Notes under the pieces: model-generated
Told to the model about the DNA's origin: nothing
The model's input: the letters and a program-made list of their open reading frames with translations, nothing else
The model's database searches: none
IMG/VR virus record: IMGVR_UViG_3300037722_000354
Span: 1 to 56,713 of that record
From: a virus
DNA: 56,713 nt
Direction: 5' to 3' (one strand)
Position numbers and translations under genes: made by a program
Part shown: in pieces, positions 24,281 through 33,203 of the stretch
How the letters are laid out: every line of letters starts with the position of its first letter
How positions within the stretch are numbered: the stretch's first letter is position 1

Positions 24281-25267
24281 TTACGCAGCGCGCGATTTAT
24301 TGCGGTCGCGTCGTGTAATAAGATCACGGTATTCTTGCTGGATGGACTCCGCTTTCGGTCCTCTCCAATAATCTGATCGCTGATCGCGCATTAGCTTTTC
24401 GATGTCGGTAATACGCGCCTCGCCACCGGCTGCATCGCCGCCGCCACCCAGATCAAGCGATCCGGCTGAATAGGTCCGCGCGGCCTGTGCCGCGAGCCTT
24501 ACGAAAAGTGGATGCGAGCCGAGCTTCGTTCCGTCCGCGAGCATGACGCCAGCTAGCTCCGGCCCCTTCTCGCCCATGACTTCGGCAATGAAGTTATTCC
24601 CGAGCGTGACGTTCTGCGTATATTCGTTACCCGGCCATTCGGTGCGAAGCTCGACAATTCGATCCTGCAATGCTTGATCGGCATGTTCGTGTAAATCCTG
24701 CAATTCCAGTTCGCGATTGGCAAAATACCAATTGGCCAGGTTCTGCGCGACCTTCGGTTCGATTGCATTTTCATGCGCGAATTTCTTGAAGGCGTCGAGT
24801 ACCGGCTTGTCTGCTTCCGAAACCGTGACTTCCTTCGGAGGCTCGACTGGATATTCCTCTGCCTTATCGGGGATACCGATTTCCTTGCGATACGCCGCCA
24901 CTTCGTCTGCGCTGGCTCCCTCCGGCAGACCGCGTTTAAGGAGCCCACTGTTGATTTTCTTTTCAGCTTCTGTGGCCCATTTGAGGACGCCGGAGGGATC
25001 GGTGAAACGCTGTAGCCGTTCAAGAACCTTCGTATCGTCGCCAGCCATCTTCTGCCGCCAGTCTTCCGGCCAAGTCGCCGTGGCTTGCGGCTGCTGTTGA
25101 CCGGAGTCCTCGACCTTCTTGCCGTCGCCCGCGACTATGGTGTCGATCTTGGCTTGCGTGGCCCCCGTTTCTTGCCCTTCGGCCACCCGCCCTTGCGCTT
25201 GACCGGGCTGCTGCTGAGATTGGCCGTCTGTTGCTGTGGCTGTTCCGTTGGCCTGTTCGTCCGCCAT
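24281..25267 (-). CDS. Scaffolding protein
   Basis: 328 aa, acidic and Gln/Ala-rich, predicted helical. Lies between the portal and capsid genes. Confidence 0.65.
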   Translation of the reverse strand: MADEQANGTATATDGQSQQQPGQAQGRVAEGQETGATQAKIDTIVAGDGKKVEDSGQQQPQATATWPEDWRQKMAGDDTKVLERLQRFTDPSGVLKWATEAEKKINSGLLKRGLPEGASADEVAAYRKEIGIPDKAEEYPVEPPKEVTVSEADKPVLDAFKKFAHENAIEPKVAQNLANWYFANRELELQDLHEHADQALQDRIVELRTEWPGNEYTQNVTLGNNFIAEVMGEKGPELAGVMLADGTKLGSHPLFVRLAAQAARTYSAGSLDLGGGGDAAGGEARITDIEKLMRDQRSDYWRGPKAESIQQEYRDLITRRDRNKSRAA

Positions 25268-25572
25268 TTCGGGTTTTCCTTTGGTGTCGTTTCTGGATTC
25301 AACACGCGATCCGCCGGGGCGAATGCGATCTTGCGCAATTGCAGGCCGGGAAATCTCCTGCCTTCGTGAAAGTCCGTGTCCCGCTGCCCGCCCAATTCGT
25401 CGGGGCGATAGGACAGGTCGTCAGCCGAGCAAAACCGCTCGACAATCAATTGAAATGCTTTCTTCTGTTGATCGGGACTTGCTTCGCCACGGGCGATATT
25501 GCGGATTGCGAATATCTCGTGGTTTTCCAGTTCGACCGGCGCGAACGCACGCCCGGTAATATCAATCTTCAT
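25135..25572 (-). CDS. Hypothetical protein between portal and scaffold
   Basis: 145-aa ORF. ATGA overlap with the portal stop. Its basic 3' tail overlaps the scaffold start by 133 nt. Confidence 0.45.
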   Translation of the reverse strand: MKIDITGRAFAPVELENHEIFAIRNIARGEASPDQQKKAFQLIVERFCSADDLSYRPDELGGQRDTDFHEGRRFPGLQLRKIAFAPADRVLNPETTPKENPKWRTNRPTEQPQQQTANLSSSPVKRKGGWPKGKKRGPRKPRSTP

Positions 25573-27227
25573 GCCGCCATCTGCGGATTCATGGCCTCGG
25601 TTACGGACTTGGAAGCCTCGGCAAGCGAACCGATTGATTCACCCGCTGCCTGTCCTTCAGCCAATGCCTGGGTGGCTGATTCCTGGTCTTCCCTCGCCTC
25701 ACGATTTTCCTGCACTTCGCCTTCCGAATGAACCCACTTCGACGGAGAGCCGGAACCCTTGATCGCGTCCGGCAATGCCGCTTCGTTATTGAAATGATCC
25801 GGCGCGCTCTTGTAAATCAGCGATGCCTTGCCGACGATTTCCAGATTGGCCATGTAGGTATGGACCTTGGCGCGCTCGATGGAATCCTGAAGCGGGTTAT
25901 TGAACTGGTAGATGATTTCCTTTCCGCGAAGCGGCTCAGGAATATCATCGACACTACCGAACGCCCCACGACGCATCAGAAAACCGAAACTCTCGTCGAG
26001 TAACCCGCCGTTGTAATCCTGTTCGGATGGCTCGAATAACGGCGTGATCTCCCGGATGAATTGCTCGTACAGGATGGAAGTCTCGTATGCGGTTTTGTCG
26101 CCCTGCTCAGGCAGGCCCAATTTATTCGTGAACCACGCCTTGGCGATCAGGGATTGCGTCCGCATGACCATTTCAAGGCCAAGCCCAACGTCCTTGCCCA
26201 GATCGATTGGCCTGACAGACGCACCAAATCTCTCGTCATAATCCCTATCAACATAGGTTATGCCGCCCGAATATAAATTGATTTCGCTTTTCAGCGCTTC
26301 TTCCGTGGCGATAAGCGGAGGATCAACACGCTTCTCACCCGCCTCGATCAGCACCCGCGCCATCGATTGAATCTGCCTAGCGTCCGGGAGCGACACCATC
26401 GCAGCCGGTGAAAACCCGTAAGGAGACATTCCGAACGTTTCCCACCGGGGGACGACATAGCGGAACGAATCTAGCGGCTCGTGGGCGATGATCTGAGCAT
26501 GGTCCACGTCCACGAATATCGACACAAACGGCAACCGCTTGGAATTCGTCTTCTTGCCGATATAGTCGTAATCCTCGGCTGGCATCACACAGTGAATAAT
26601 CTTGAACTCGCGATCCGGTTCTTTCTCGCAGGCCGTCTTGATGTCCTGATGCAACTTGGCGTCGGTAAAACGCTGCTTCAATTTACGCGCGGTCACCTTC
26701 GCCTTGCGATAGAGCAGATCAACCTTTCCCTCGTAGTTCTCCATCCATGCGCAATCGCGAAAATGAAACACGCTCCACGACATTCCATCTTTCGTGGGAA
26801 GTTCATCCAGCATCAATATGGCATTGCCGAACGTTACATAATCGTGGTCTGCACGCTTCGTTGAGCGGACGAACTTCGCCCTCCGGTCATAGAGCGCGCG
26901 CCTGTGGACTTTCGTGGTGTATTCAAGAAACCTTTGGCTTTCGGTATTGTTGGCGATTTCCTCGTCATCGACCGTATGCAGGAACCATTGCTTGTCCCGT
27001 GGCCGAAGCATGGCCGCCTGTGCATCGCCCAATTCCCGCCTTGCCAGCACGGGAAACGAGTCGAACAGATGCGAGGCGAATTCATCACCAAGCTCAAGCG
27101 GGGTCGTGAAATCCGCGCGTTCTGGGTAGAAGTTCTCGGCCAGTTCCTGGCACAAAGAGTCCAGGTCCGCCTTGGTCGAAAACAGTCTTCCCGAACGTTC
27201 GAGAATTTCCTTGGCGTTATTATCCAA
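25569..27227 (-). CDS. Portal (head-tail connector) protein, T7 gp8-like
   Basis: 552 aa. Position after terL. N-terminal ...LCQELAENFYPERADFT... and the Gln/Ala-rich acidic C-terminus resemble T7-type connectors. Confidence 0.75.
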   Translation of the reverse strand: MDNNAKEILERSGRLFSTKADLDSLCQELAENFYPERADFTTPLELGDEFASHLFDSFPVLARRELGDAQAAMLRPRDKQWFLHTVDDEEIANNTESQRFLEYTTKVHRRALYDRRAKFVRSTKRADHDYVTFGNAILMLDELPTKDGMSWSVFHFRDCAWMENYEGKVDLLYRKAKVTARKLKQRFTDAKLHQDIKTACEKEPDREFKIIHCVMPAEDYDYIGKKTNSKRLPFVSIFVDVDHAQIIAHEPLDSFRYVVPRWETFGMSPYGFSPAAMVSLPDARQIQSMARVLIEAGEKRVDPPLIATEEALKSEINLYSGGITYVDRDYDERFGASVRPIDLGKDVGLGLEMVMRTQSLIAKAWFTNKLGLPEQGDKTAYETSILYEQFIREITPLFEPSEQDYNGGLLDESFGFLMRRGAFGSVDDIPEPLRGKEIIYQFNNPLQDSIERAKVHTYMANLEIVGKASLIYKSAPDHFNNEAALPDAIKGSGSPSKWVHSEGEVQENREAREDQESATQALAEGQAAGESIGSLAEASKSVTEAMNPQMAA

Positions 27228-27230
27228 GGA

Positions 27231-27431
27231 TCAGGTTCCCAACGACGTGCCGGAATACTGCGGCGCTTCGCCGGAGAGGATCGTCGATTGACGGCCTCCC
27301 CTTGCCTGCGACTGAAGCATACGGCGTCGGCGCTTCTCCTGAATCTCGGGGTCTTCCGGGTCGGGCATGGATACGGATTTCTGGGCTTTCGCGATTGCAC
27401 CCCCGCCAAATAGTTTGCTGATGCCGCTCAT
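27231..27431 (-). CDS. Small hypothetical protein between terL and portal
   Basis: 66-aa ORF, tightly packed. Confidence 0.45.
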   Translation of the reverse strand: MSGISKLFGGGAIAKAQKSVSMPDPEDPEIQEKRRRRMLQSQARGGRQSTILSGEAPQYSGTSLGT

Positions 27432-27434
27432 TTA

Positions 27435-29006
27435 TTATCTCCTTCTTCTTTTTTTCGAGCTGGAATAACCTAAATTCGCGAATTGCTGCTTGGGATGCCG
27501 AAACGACGATGACGCCTTGTGCAGATGTCTGGTCAGAACCTCTTGTCCCTCACTGAGGCACATCACCATCGCATCACCCTTGCCGGGCGAGCGACCGATG
27601 CGCTTCCTGATTTCTTCCTTGCTCTCAATCTGAATGCCGCGTGTCGTCAGCTTCCAGTGAGGCGTGGCAAGGTCCGCCCTGATTTCCGCACCGGGTGGCA
27701 ATGCAATGACAGACCCGCCCTCTTGATCCGGGTCCAGTTCCTCGCGCATTCGCCACCAAGCTTCCGCGCGCTTGTTCACAAACGATAGCTTGCCGTCTTT
27801 GGTCTTTGAGATTGATGTTGCCGCGCCATTAAATGCGTGATGATCAATCTCGTTATCCTTCAATCGAAGCGTGACAGCCCCGCCATATCCCCCGCCAACA
27901 TCGACAATCACCGGGGCATTGTGCCTGCGGTATTGAACGATCTTACCCGCCGCCCTTGATCCGTCCGCCGTTTCGTCGCCCTTGGCTGTCTGTGGTTCGG
28001 CAAACCAGCCCTGATGTCGCCAGATTAATTCTTCCGCGTCGTTCCCACCCCCGGCAGGATCGAGCGCCATCGAAGTCATGTTGCACTTCAGGTAGCCGTC
28101 CGATCTCCACCGAGACTGTGCGGCCATAACCCACGCGGTAGGAATGACCTGAAACGGATTATCCCTCAGGCTCGCGTCGAACCGTCCGTCCTTGTAAGCC
28201 GCTCTTAGTTCGGGCGGCAGCGCCGCTAGGACCGAGCCGTAGTTCGTTTCGGCAAGATCGGGGTTGTCGGCAAGCTCTGCCGGTATGAACGTTCTCGACC
28301 GGGCCATGATCTGCTCGTCGTCGATTAAATGCGGACCCGGCCCGTCAACTTCGGTGTCTTCCCCCTTGATTGTCGTGAACCAGCGCAACTCGCCCGGCTT
28401 GGCCGGATTCGGATGATTGGGATCGACCCACGGTGCCCAGTATTTCAGGACCCACAAGCCTTCTGGCGTTGTCGGAGGGTTGCCAGCGGCAACAATTCGG
28501 CACCTTTGCCGTTTATCCGCTGCGCGATTCCAACCAGCAATGAAGCGGTATTGCGTCTCGGTGAAGTCGGAAACCTCGTCGAACGCGATCAGGTCGTGCG
28601 GCGAGCCCTTGAACTTCTGCTTGTCGTCTTCGTGCTGGCAGCCGTTGACATCGATAATCCTGCCATCTATCCGCCAGATGTTATCCTGCCCGTTCCACCC
28701 GTCGCGGCTTCCGAGGATTTCGACGAACCGTTCGACCAGCTTTGTGGCCTCTTTGTTTGTTCGCCTTAGAACCAGCGACTTTTGGTGCTCGGTCAAGGAC
28801 AGGCCCACGATCAGGTCCGTCTTTCCGCCCCCCGCCTGCCCGCCGTAGAACAGTTCGTCCGCCGTTGAGAAGTACGCTTCCGTTTGCGGGCCGGGGTTCG
28901 GCTTCCACTTGTACCGGGCGTTCGCCTTCACCGCCGCCTGGATTGCCGCTTCCTTCTCCTTCACCGGCAGGGCGTTCAACGCCTGTAGAACTTCCTCTAG
29001 CTGCAT
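27435..29006 (-). CDS. terL: Terminase large subunit
   Basis: 523 aa. Walker A FYGGQAGGGKTD and Walker B DLIAFDEVSD, followed by a nuclease-domain-sized C-terminal half. Confidence 0.9.
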   Translation of the reverse strand: MQLEEVLQALNALPVKEKEAAIQAAVKANARYKWKPNPGPQTEAYFSTADELFYGGQAGGGKTDLIVGLSLTEHQKSLVLRRTNKEATKLVERFVEILGSRDGWNGQDNIWRIDGRIIDVNGCQHEDDKQKFKGSPHDLIAFDEVSDFTETQYRFIAGWNRAADKRQRCRIVAAGNPPTTPEGLWVLKYWAPWVDPNHPNPAKPGELRWFTTIKGEDTEVDGPGPHLIDDEQIMARSRTFIPAELADNPDLAETNYGSVLAALPPELRAAYKDGRFDASLRDNPFQVIPTAWVMAAQSRWRSDGYLKCNMTSMALDPAGGGNDAEELIWRHQGWFAEPQTAKGDETADGSRAAGKIVQYRRHNAPVIVDVGGGYGGAVTLRLKDNEIDHHAFNGAATSISKTKDGKLSFVNKRAEAWWRMREELDPDQEGGSVIALPPGAEIRADLATPHWKLTTRGIQIESKEEIRKRIGRSPGKGDAMVMCLSEGQEVLTRHLHKASSSFRHPKQQFANLGYSSSKKRRRR

Positions 29007-29739
29007 TCTGCTCCTGCATTCTTCCCAAGACGCCTACCGCATAAGGATGCTGGACATAGGTGTTGGCGTGATACGTGTTGTCGTCGAACGCACCCTTGAT
29101 GAACATATATTCGTCGCGGTTCGCAGCCTGCCTCGATTCGCATTCCTTCAGCCGCTGGAATAGTTCCACCTTGCGCACGTCGAGCTTGATCCTGTGCGGG
29201 TTATGTTCCGAATACCCGTACATCTGTTGCGGATAGAACAGGTCTGACTCGGGCGGAATGTCGATGAATATGCCGCGCTTCATCGCTTCCCATATGAAAA
29301 ACTGACAGGCGGGCTTTTGTCGTTCGTATTCTTCTGTTGCCGCCATATCGACGCCGCGCCAGCCAAGGACGCCTAAATCTTCTTCCTCAAGGGCAAGTGC
29401 TGCCATGTAGCTGAGCGAGCTTTGCCAGAAGAACGGCCCGTACTTGTCGAGCATCTTTTCAATCGGATAGCGCCGGGAGTTTGGAATCTCCGGGTGCGGC
29501 TCGATCATCCAGACCGGCCCTTTGAACTCGGTCAGGAATTTCCAGTACGGATCGGACTTCTTGAACCACGGGAAGTCTTCCGTGACCCGATGCAGTTCAA
29601 ACCAGACATCAACGCGCTTACCGGCTATTGCGGTAGCGCATCCGGGAGAGCAACCCCAAAGCAACCAGCTTGGGTCATTGTGCGGGGCCAAGCGTATCGA
29701 CGATGGGGCGCTCCCCAGAAGGCAAATGCGTTTCGACAT
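28681..29739 (-). CDS. Candidate Maf/GT42-like (nonulosonate) transferase; the 3' 325 nt overlap terL out of frame
   Basis: N-terminal RICLLGSAPSS...VDVWFELH and central SLSYMAALALEEEDLGVLGWRGVDM echo the GNGPSL and G-x-D motifs of CstII/DUF115 enzymes. The tail after about aa 245 is Arg/Gly/Pro-rich low complexity. Confidence 0.35.
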   Translation of the reverse strand: MSKRICLLGSAPSSIRLAPHNDPSWLLWGCSPGCATAIAGKRVDVWFELHRVTEDFPWFKKSDPYWKFLTEFKGPVWMIEPHPEIPNSRRYPIEKMLDKYGPFFWQSSLSYMAALALEEEDLGVLGWRGVDMAATEEYERQKPACQFFIWEAMKRGIFIDIPPESDLFYPQQMYGYSEHNPHRIKLDVRKVELFQRLKECESRQAANRDEYMFIKGAFDDNTYHANTYVQHPYAVGVLGRMQEQNAARGSSTGVERPAGEGEGSGNPGGGEGERPVQVEAEPRPANGSVLLNGGRTVLRRAGGGRKDGPDRGPVLDRAPKVAGSKANKQRGHKAGRTVRRNPRKPRRVERAG

Positions 29740-29748
29740 CGAGCCTCG

Positions 29749-30186
29749 TTACGATGAGATGACTGCGGCGGACGAGCCGTGATGATTGATAACGAGCCAG
29801 ATCGTGCTGATGTCCTGCAATTCCACACCGGCGCCCGCCGCCGTGAACAGGATGTTGAACATCGACGAGCCAGCCGTGCTCGTGATTGAGCCATTGCCGG
29901 ACGAGATAGTTACGGTCTGTTGGGTTGATGCGCTGTTTGCGACAATGCGAACTCTGCGGCCCGAACCGCTCGGCGTTGGAAGCGTGTAGGTCGCTGCGCT
30001 CGCTGCCGCGATCAGGTTGAGGCCGTAGTCTTTCAACGTGTCGGTCGTGGTCGTGAAAGTCGTATTCTCGCTCCAGCCCGCGATGTTCGTATCGAGCAGA
30101 GCATCGTTGACGGGATCGTGAACCTTGATTGCGCCGGTTGCCGGGTCGTACCCAAACATACGGCCATAGATGGAATGGTAAGCCAT
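29749..30186 (-). CDS. Ser/Thr-rich small protein (virion/decoration candidate)
   Basis: 145 aa with TTFTTTTDT and SASTQQTVTISSGNGSITSTAGSS tracts. The C-terminus IWLVINHHGSSAAVISS resembles that of ORF 22972-23244. Confidence 0.5.
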   Translation of the reverse strand: MAYHSIYGRMFGYDPATGAIKVHDPVNDALLDTNIAGWSENTTFTTTTDTLKDYGLNLIAAASAATYTLPTPSGSGRRVRIVANSASTQQTVTISSGNGSITSTAGSSMFNILFTAAGAGVELQDISTIWLVINHHGSSAAVISS

Positions 30187-30260
30187 TGTTGTTGTTCCCT
30201 GTTTTTGCTTATTGAGTCGTGCTTATTGATGGGCCGGGATGGCCATGCGCGTTTGTCTTA

Positions 30261-30283
30261 CAAAACCGCCCGCGCGGTGCGGC
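30261..30283 (-). terminator. GC-rich hairpin plus T-run directly after the stop of gene 30284-30670
   Basis: Minus strand reads TAA-GCCGCACCGCGCGGGCGG-TTTTG. Confidence 0.4.
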
Positions 30284-30670
30284 TTATAGGAATGTATGGA
30301 TCGGGGCGAGGAACGCCGTAAGCGACGTGGCCGTGGTCTGCGCCACCGCTCCGGTCGAACCGTCCGAAACCGGCTGAATGTACTGAAAGCCCGCGAATAT
30401 ATCCGGGCTGATGTAATGAACTTGGCTTGACGTGGCGGTGACAATGAATTGCGAGTTTGTCGAATTCATCAGGGTGTACATTGCCGATGTGGAATTGCCG
30501 ACCTTGAACGAGAGATACGCGGAATCCCAAACGGACGAGAGTGCAATCCCCGTAAGGGTCAGGCCCTTGGTGTCGAGCACGTCGCCAAGCCCGTCAGCCG
30601 CCGTGGATATTGCAAGCGATACGGACTGCTTCAGGCTTGGAACCTGTTGAGTCGGATAGACAATAGCCAT
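30284..30670 (-). CDS. Small Ser/Thr-rich protein with a strong RBS (abundant structural-protein candidate)
   Basis: 128 aa. RBS ccaaggagaaaaaataATG. Followed by a terminator-like hairpin. Confidence 0.55.
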   Translation of the reverse strand: MAIVYPTQQVPSLKQSVSLAISTAADGLGDVLDTKGLTLTGIALSSVWDSAYLSFKVGNSTSAMYTLMNSTNSQFIVTATSSQVHYISPDIFAGFQYIQPVSDGSTGAVAQTTATSLTAFLAPIHTFL

Positions 30671-30767
30671 TATTTTTTCTCCTTGGGGCCGTCAGTCTTC
30701 ACGACAAACGACCCATGCCCTGCGGCTCCTTTGGAACCGCTCACGACGAATTTCACCACTCGCGCAG

Positions 30768-31913
30768 TTAATTGTGATTCCAGATTGCATCTTTGGTCCA
30801 TTGCCCGTCACCGTTCTTTGCCCACACGCGCGGGTCGCGGAATTGATCCGCTGTTTGTTCAAACTTGGTTCTCGTCATGCCGACATAATCCAGCCAGCGA
30901 ACCAGATCGCTCGGGACTACATGATCGTATTGGCGGATTAACTCGATGCCTTCCGCCCGCGTCATTTCACCGGCACGAATATCCCGGCAAACATGATCGG
31001 TGCAGCGCCCGTAACCGAACTTGATGTATTTCAAATAGTCATGCACGCCATCGTGCATATTGTTCAGGTTGCAGTCCCGCTTGTAGGTACGGTCCATGGG
31101 AGCCGGATTCTGCTCGAATCCGTATTGCTCCTGCATCAATCTCGATTGACGGTTCTGATTCCAGACGAAGTAATTGGAAATGAACACGCCGCGCAGTTCG
31201 ATCCGCTCGATCTCCGCATCGCTCGGGTACTTCGCCCATTGCAAATCCCGTTCGGTCAGCCCTTCCTCGCCAAGGAAGTCAGTCCATTCATAGCCGTGCT
31301 GTAGATGCTCCTTGCGGAAGCGGGACGTGTATTCAACCATGTCCCGGTAGGAGTGCATTCCCCCAAGGTCCATGAAACCATGCTCGCCCCAGATAACGAG
31401 CTGTATCTGGTATTTGACCGCGATCTGCGTCGGGAAGCAGTTAATTCCCATGTGAGCGTGCATGTCGGTATCGCCCATCTTGCGAAGGCCAACACGGTTC
31501 AGCTTTTTCAATACCTCAATTGAGGGCGTGAAATTGATGTAGTCGCAATTGAAACAGTCTTTCATGCGCTGGATATTGCGCTTGCCGACTTCCGTCTCGT
31601 TGTTCTCGTTGTAGCAGACTAGGAGCGGGTTCATGCCGTATTGCTTGACGGTGTGAATCTGCCAGTAGCTGTCCTTGCCGCCCGAAACCGGGATTAAACA
31701 GTCGTAGCCGACCGGCCTGCGGTATTCGTCGCACAGTTCCGCGAACTGCTTCTCGCGTGCAGTCCAGTCTATTCCCTGTTTTTCCTCTGCCGTCCTGCAC
31801 CCGGAACAGACTTGCTCATTGTCGAAATGAACCGGCGCGGCGGCGATCATCGGGTAGCAGCAACGCTGGCAGTACGATTGCCTAGGCGGCGATGTCGTAG
31901 TCGAACCGGACAT
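30768..31913 (-). CDS. N-acetyl-sugar amidotransferase (PseA/WbuX-type PP-loop enzyme)
   Basis: 381 aa. N-terminal Cys pairs CQRCC...CSGC and the PP-loop LIPVSGGKDS, as in the acetamidino-forming LPS/flagellin-glycan amidotransferases. Confidence 0.7.
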   Translation of the reverse strand: MSGSTTTSPPRQSYCQRCCYPMIAAAPVHFDNEQVCSGCRTAEEKQGIDWTAREKQFAELCDEYRRPVGYDCLIPVSGGKDSYWQIHTVKQYGMNPLLVCYNENNETEVGKRNIQRMKDCFNCDYINFTPSIEVLKKLNRVGLRKMGDTDMHAHMGINCFPTQIAVKYQIQLVIWGEHGFMDLGGMHSYRDMVEYTSRFRKEHLQHGYEWTDFLGEEGLTERDLQWAKYPSDAEIERIELRGVFISNYFVWNQNRQSRLMQEQYGFEQNPAPMDRTYKRDCNLNNMHDGVHDYLKYIKFGYGRCTDHVCRDIRAGEMTRAEGIELIRQYDHVVPSDLVRWLDYVGMTRTKFEQTADQFRDPRVWAKNGDGQWTKDAIWNHN

Positions 31914-32583
31914 TAAAACCTTGCCGTCTTAGGTATTGCTTCGCCCGTTTGTACGAGGACTCCACGAAGTGGAAGATGTTACCTGCGGCCACTGCGTGGG
32001 CTCCGGATATGAGGGCGTCTCGGAAATGTGAATAGTCCCCGCAGCCTCCCGCTGCCACCACGGGGATCGTGATTCCGCCCGCAACTCGCTCAATTGCTGC
32101 ACAATCAAAGCCAATTGCCGTTCCATCGCGCTCAATCGCGTGGAGAAAGATTTCTCCCGCGCCCTTGGCTTCCGCTTCTTGCGCTGTTTCTGCATTTCCA
32201 TCATCCACCGAAACCACAACCGCCTGTGAGCCGAACTTGTCCGCTATGCTCTCGATCAGGCCGGGTATCTTCGCACCCCTGCCGATCAATACCTTGTCCG
32301 CACCGTTCCTGATTAATCTTGCCGCATCGTCGAGCGACCGCACATTCCCGCCAACGGTGAGCGGCATGAAAGCCCTGTCTGCAATTGCACGGAGCAATTC
32401 ATCCCCGATGCCGGGGCCGTCCCTCGTTATGTCAATGTAGCAAACCTCGTCTGCCTGCCATTCGTCGTAACGGGCCAACTCGTCGAACGGATTGCCTATG
32501 ACCTTGAACTCACTGCACCGCTCGCTTCTGACGATCCGCCCGTTCATTAGAAAGATGACGGGGATAATTCGCGTCGTCAGCAT
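31882..32583 (-). CDS. HisF-like (imidazole glycerol phosphate synthase cyclase-type, WbuZ-like) protein
   Basis: 233 aa from the ATG at 32583. RIIPVIFLMNGRIV...LTVGGNVRS...PVVAAGGCG is the (beta/alpha)8 HisF pattern. Overlaps both neighbours. Confidence 0.7.
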   Translation of the reverse strand: MLTTRIIPVIFLMNGRIVRSERCSEFKVIGNPFDELARYDEWQADEVCYIDITRDGPGIGDELLRAIADRAFMPLTVGGNVRSLDDAARLIRNGADKVLIGRGAKIPGLIESIADKFGSQAVVVSVDDGNAETAQEAEAKGAGEIFLHAIERDGTAIGFDCAAIERVAGGITIPVVAAGGCGDYSHFRDALISGAHAVAAGNIFHFVESSYKRAKQYLRRQGFNVRFDYDIAA

Positions 32584-33203
32584 TTCTCCACCACAATCAA
32601 CGCCGCCGGGTTCTCCGGGTTCGCATCCAAGCCCCACAATTCGCACTTGGGCTCATATCCCAATTCCAGAATTGCAGCGGGCAACCCCCGCACATAGCCA
32701 AACATATCCATCCTTGCCCGCGCGCTTTCGTGCGCCAGTTCATAGGACGGCTCGACCATCACAAGTGCCTTGCGGGTCACTCGTAATAGCTCCCTCAATA
32801 TCTCCATCTCACGTCCGCCGTTCGGTTCAATCGCGTGATAGGTCGTAACCACGTCGAACGACTCGCTACCCAACGGGATTGCATCCAATGGCGACTGGAT
32901 GAACATTCCAGTCAGGCCGTTGTCCCGCATGTGCTTACGTGCGATGTCGAGCCTCGGAAGCGATATATCAAAACCTAGAACTCGTCTTGGCTTGACCTTC
33001 ATTGCCAGCAGAAGCGGCACAAGCGTTGTCGCCTCGCCCGTTCCTGCGTCCAATAGATTAACCGGCTCATATCGCTCAATGACGCTGGCGAGCTTCTTGC
33101 CTATTTCGGCCTTTTGATCGGCGTAAGTCTGGTTGGCTAATGCTGCGATGTAGGTTCCGGCTTGCAGGTCGTAGGACTGTTCAATCTCGGCGGTGGTTCT
33201 CAA
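32577..33203 (-). CDS. Class I SAM-dependent methyltransferase
   Basis: 208 aa. LLDAGTGEATT (motif I-like) and FDVVTTYHAIEP. The TTG start overlaps the stop of the upstream micro-ORF. Confidence 0.6.
   Translation of the reverse strand: MRTTAEIEQSYDLQAGTYIAALANQTYADQKAEIGKKLASVIERYEPVNLLDAGTGEATTLVPLLLAMKVKPRRVLGFDISLPRLDIARKHMRDNGLTGMFIQSPLDAIPLGSESFDVVTTYHAIEPNGGREMEILRELLRVTRKALVMVEPSYELAHESARARMDMFGYVRGLPAAILELGYEPKCELWGLDANPENPAALIVVEKC

Noticed and set aside
26834-27409. 191-aa minus-strand ORF overlapping the portal gene 5' region.
   Set aside because: It is an alternative frame of the portal and upstream small gene, with an Arg/Pro-rich translation. The portal frame is far better supported.
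30449-31024. 191-aa plus-strand ORF, along with similar plus-strand ORFs at 30993-31304, 32069-32440, 33295-33783 and 35446-36030.
   Set aside because: All are antisense to sugar-pathway genes with strong family motifs. Their translations are low complexity.
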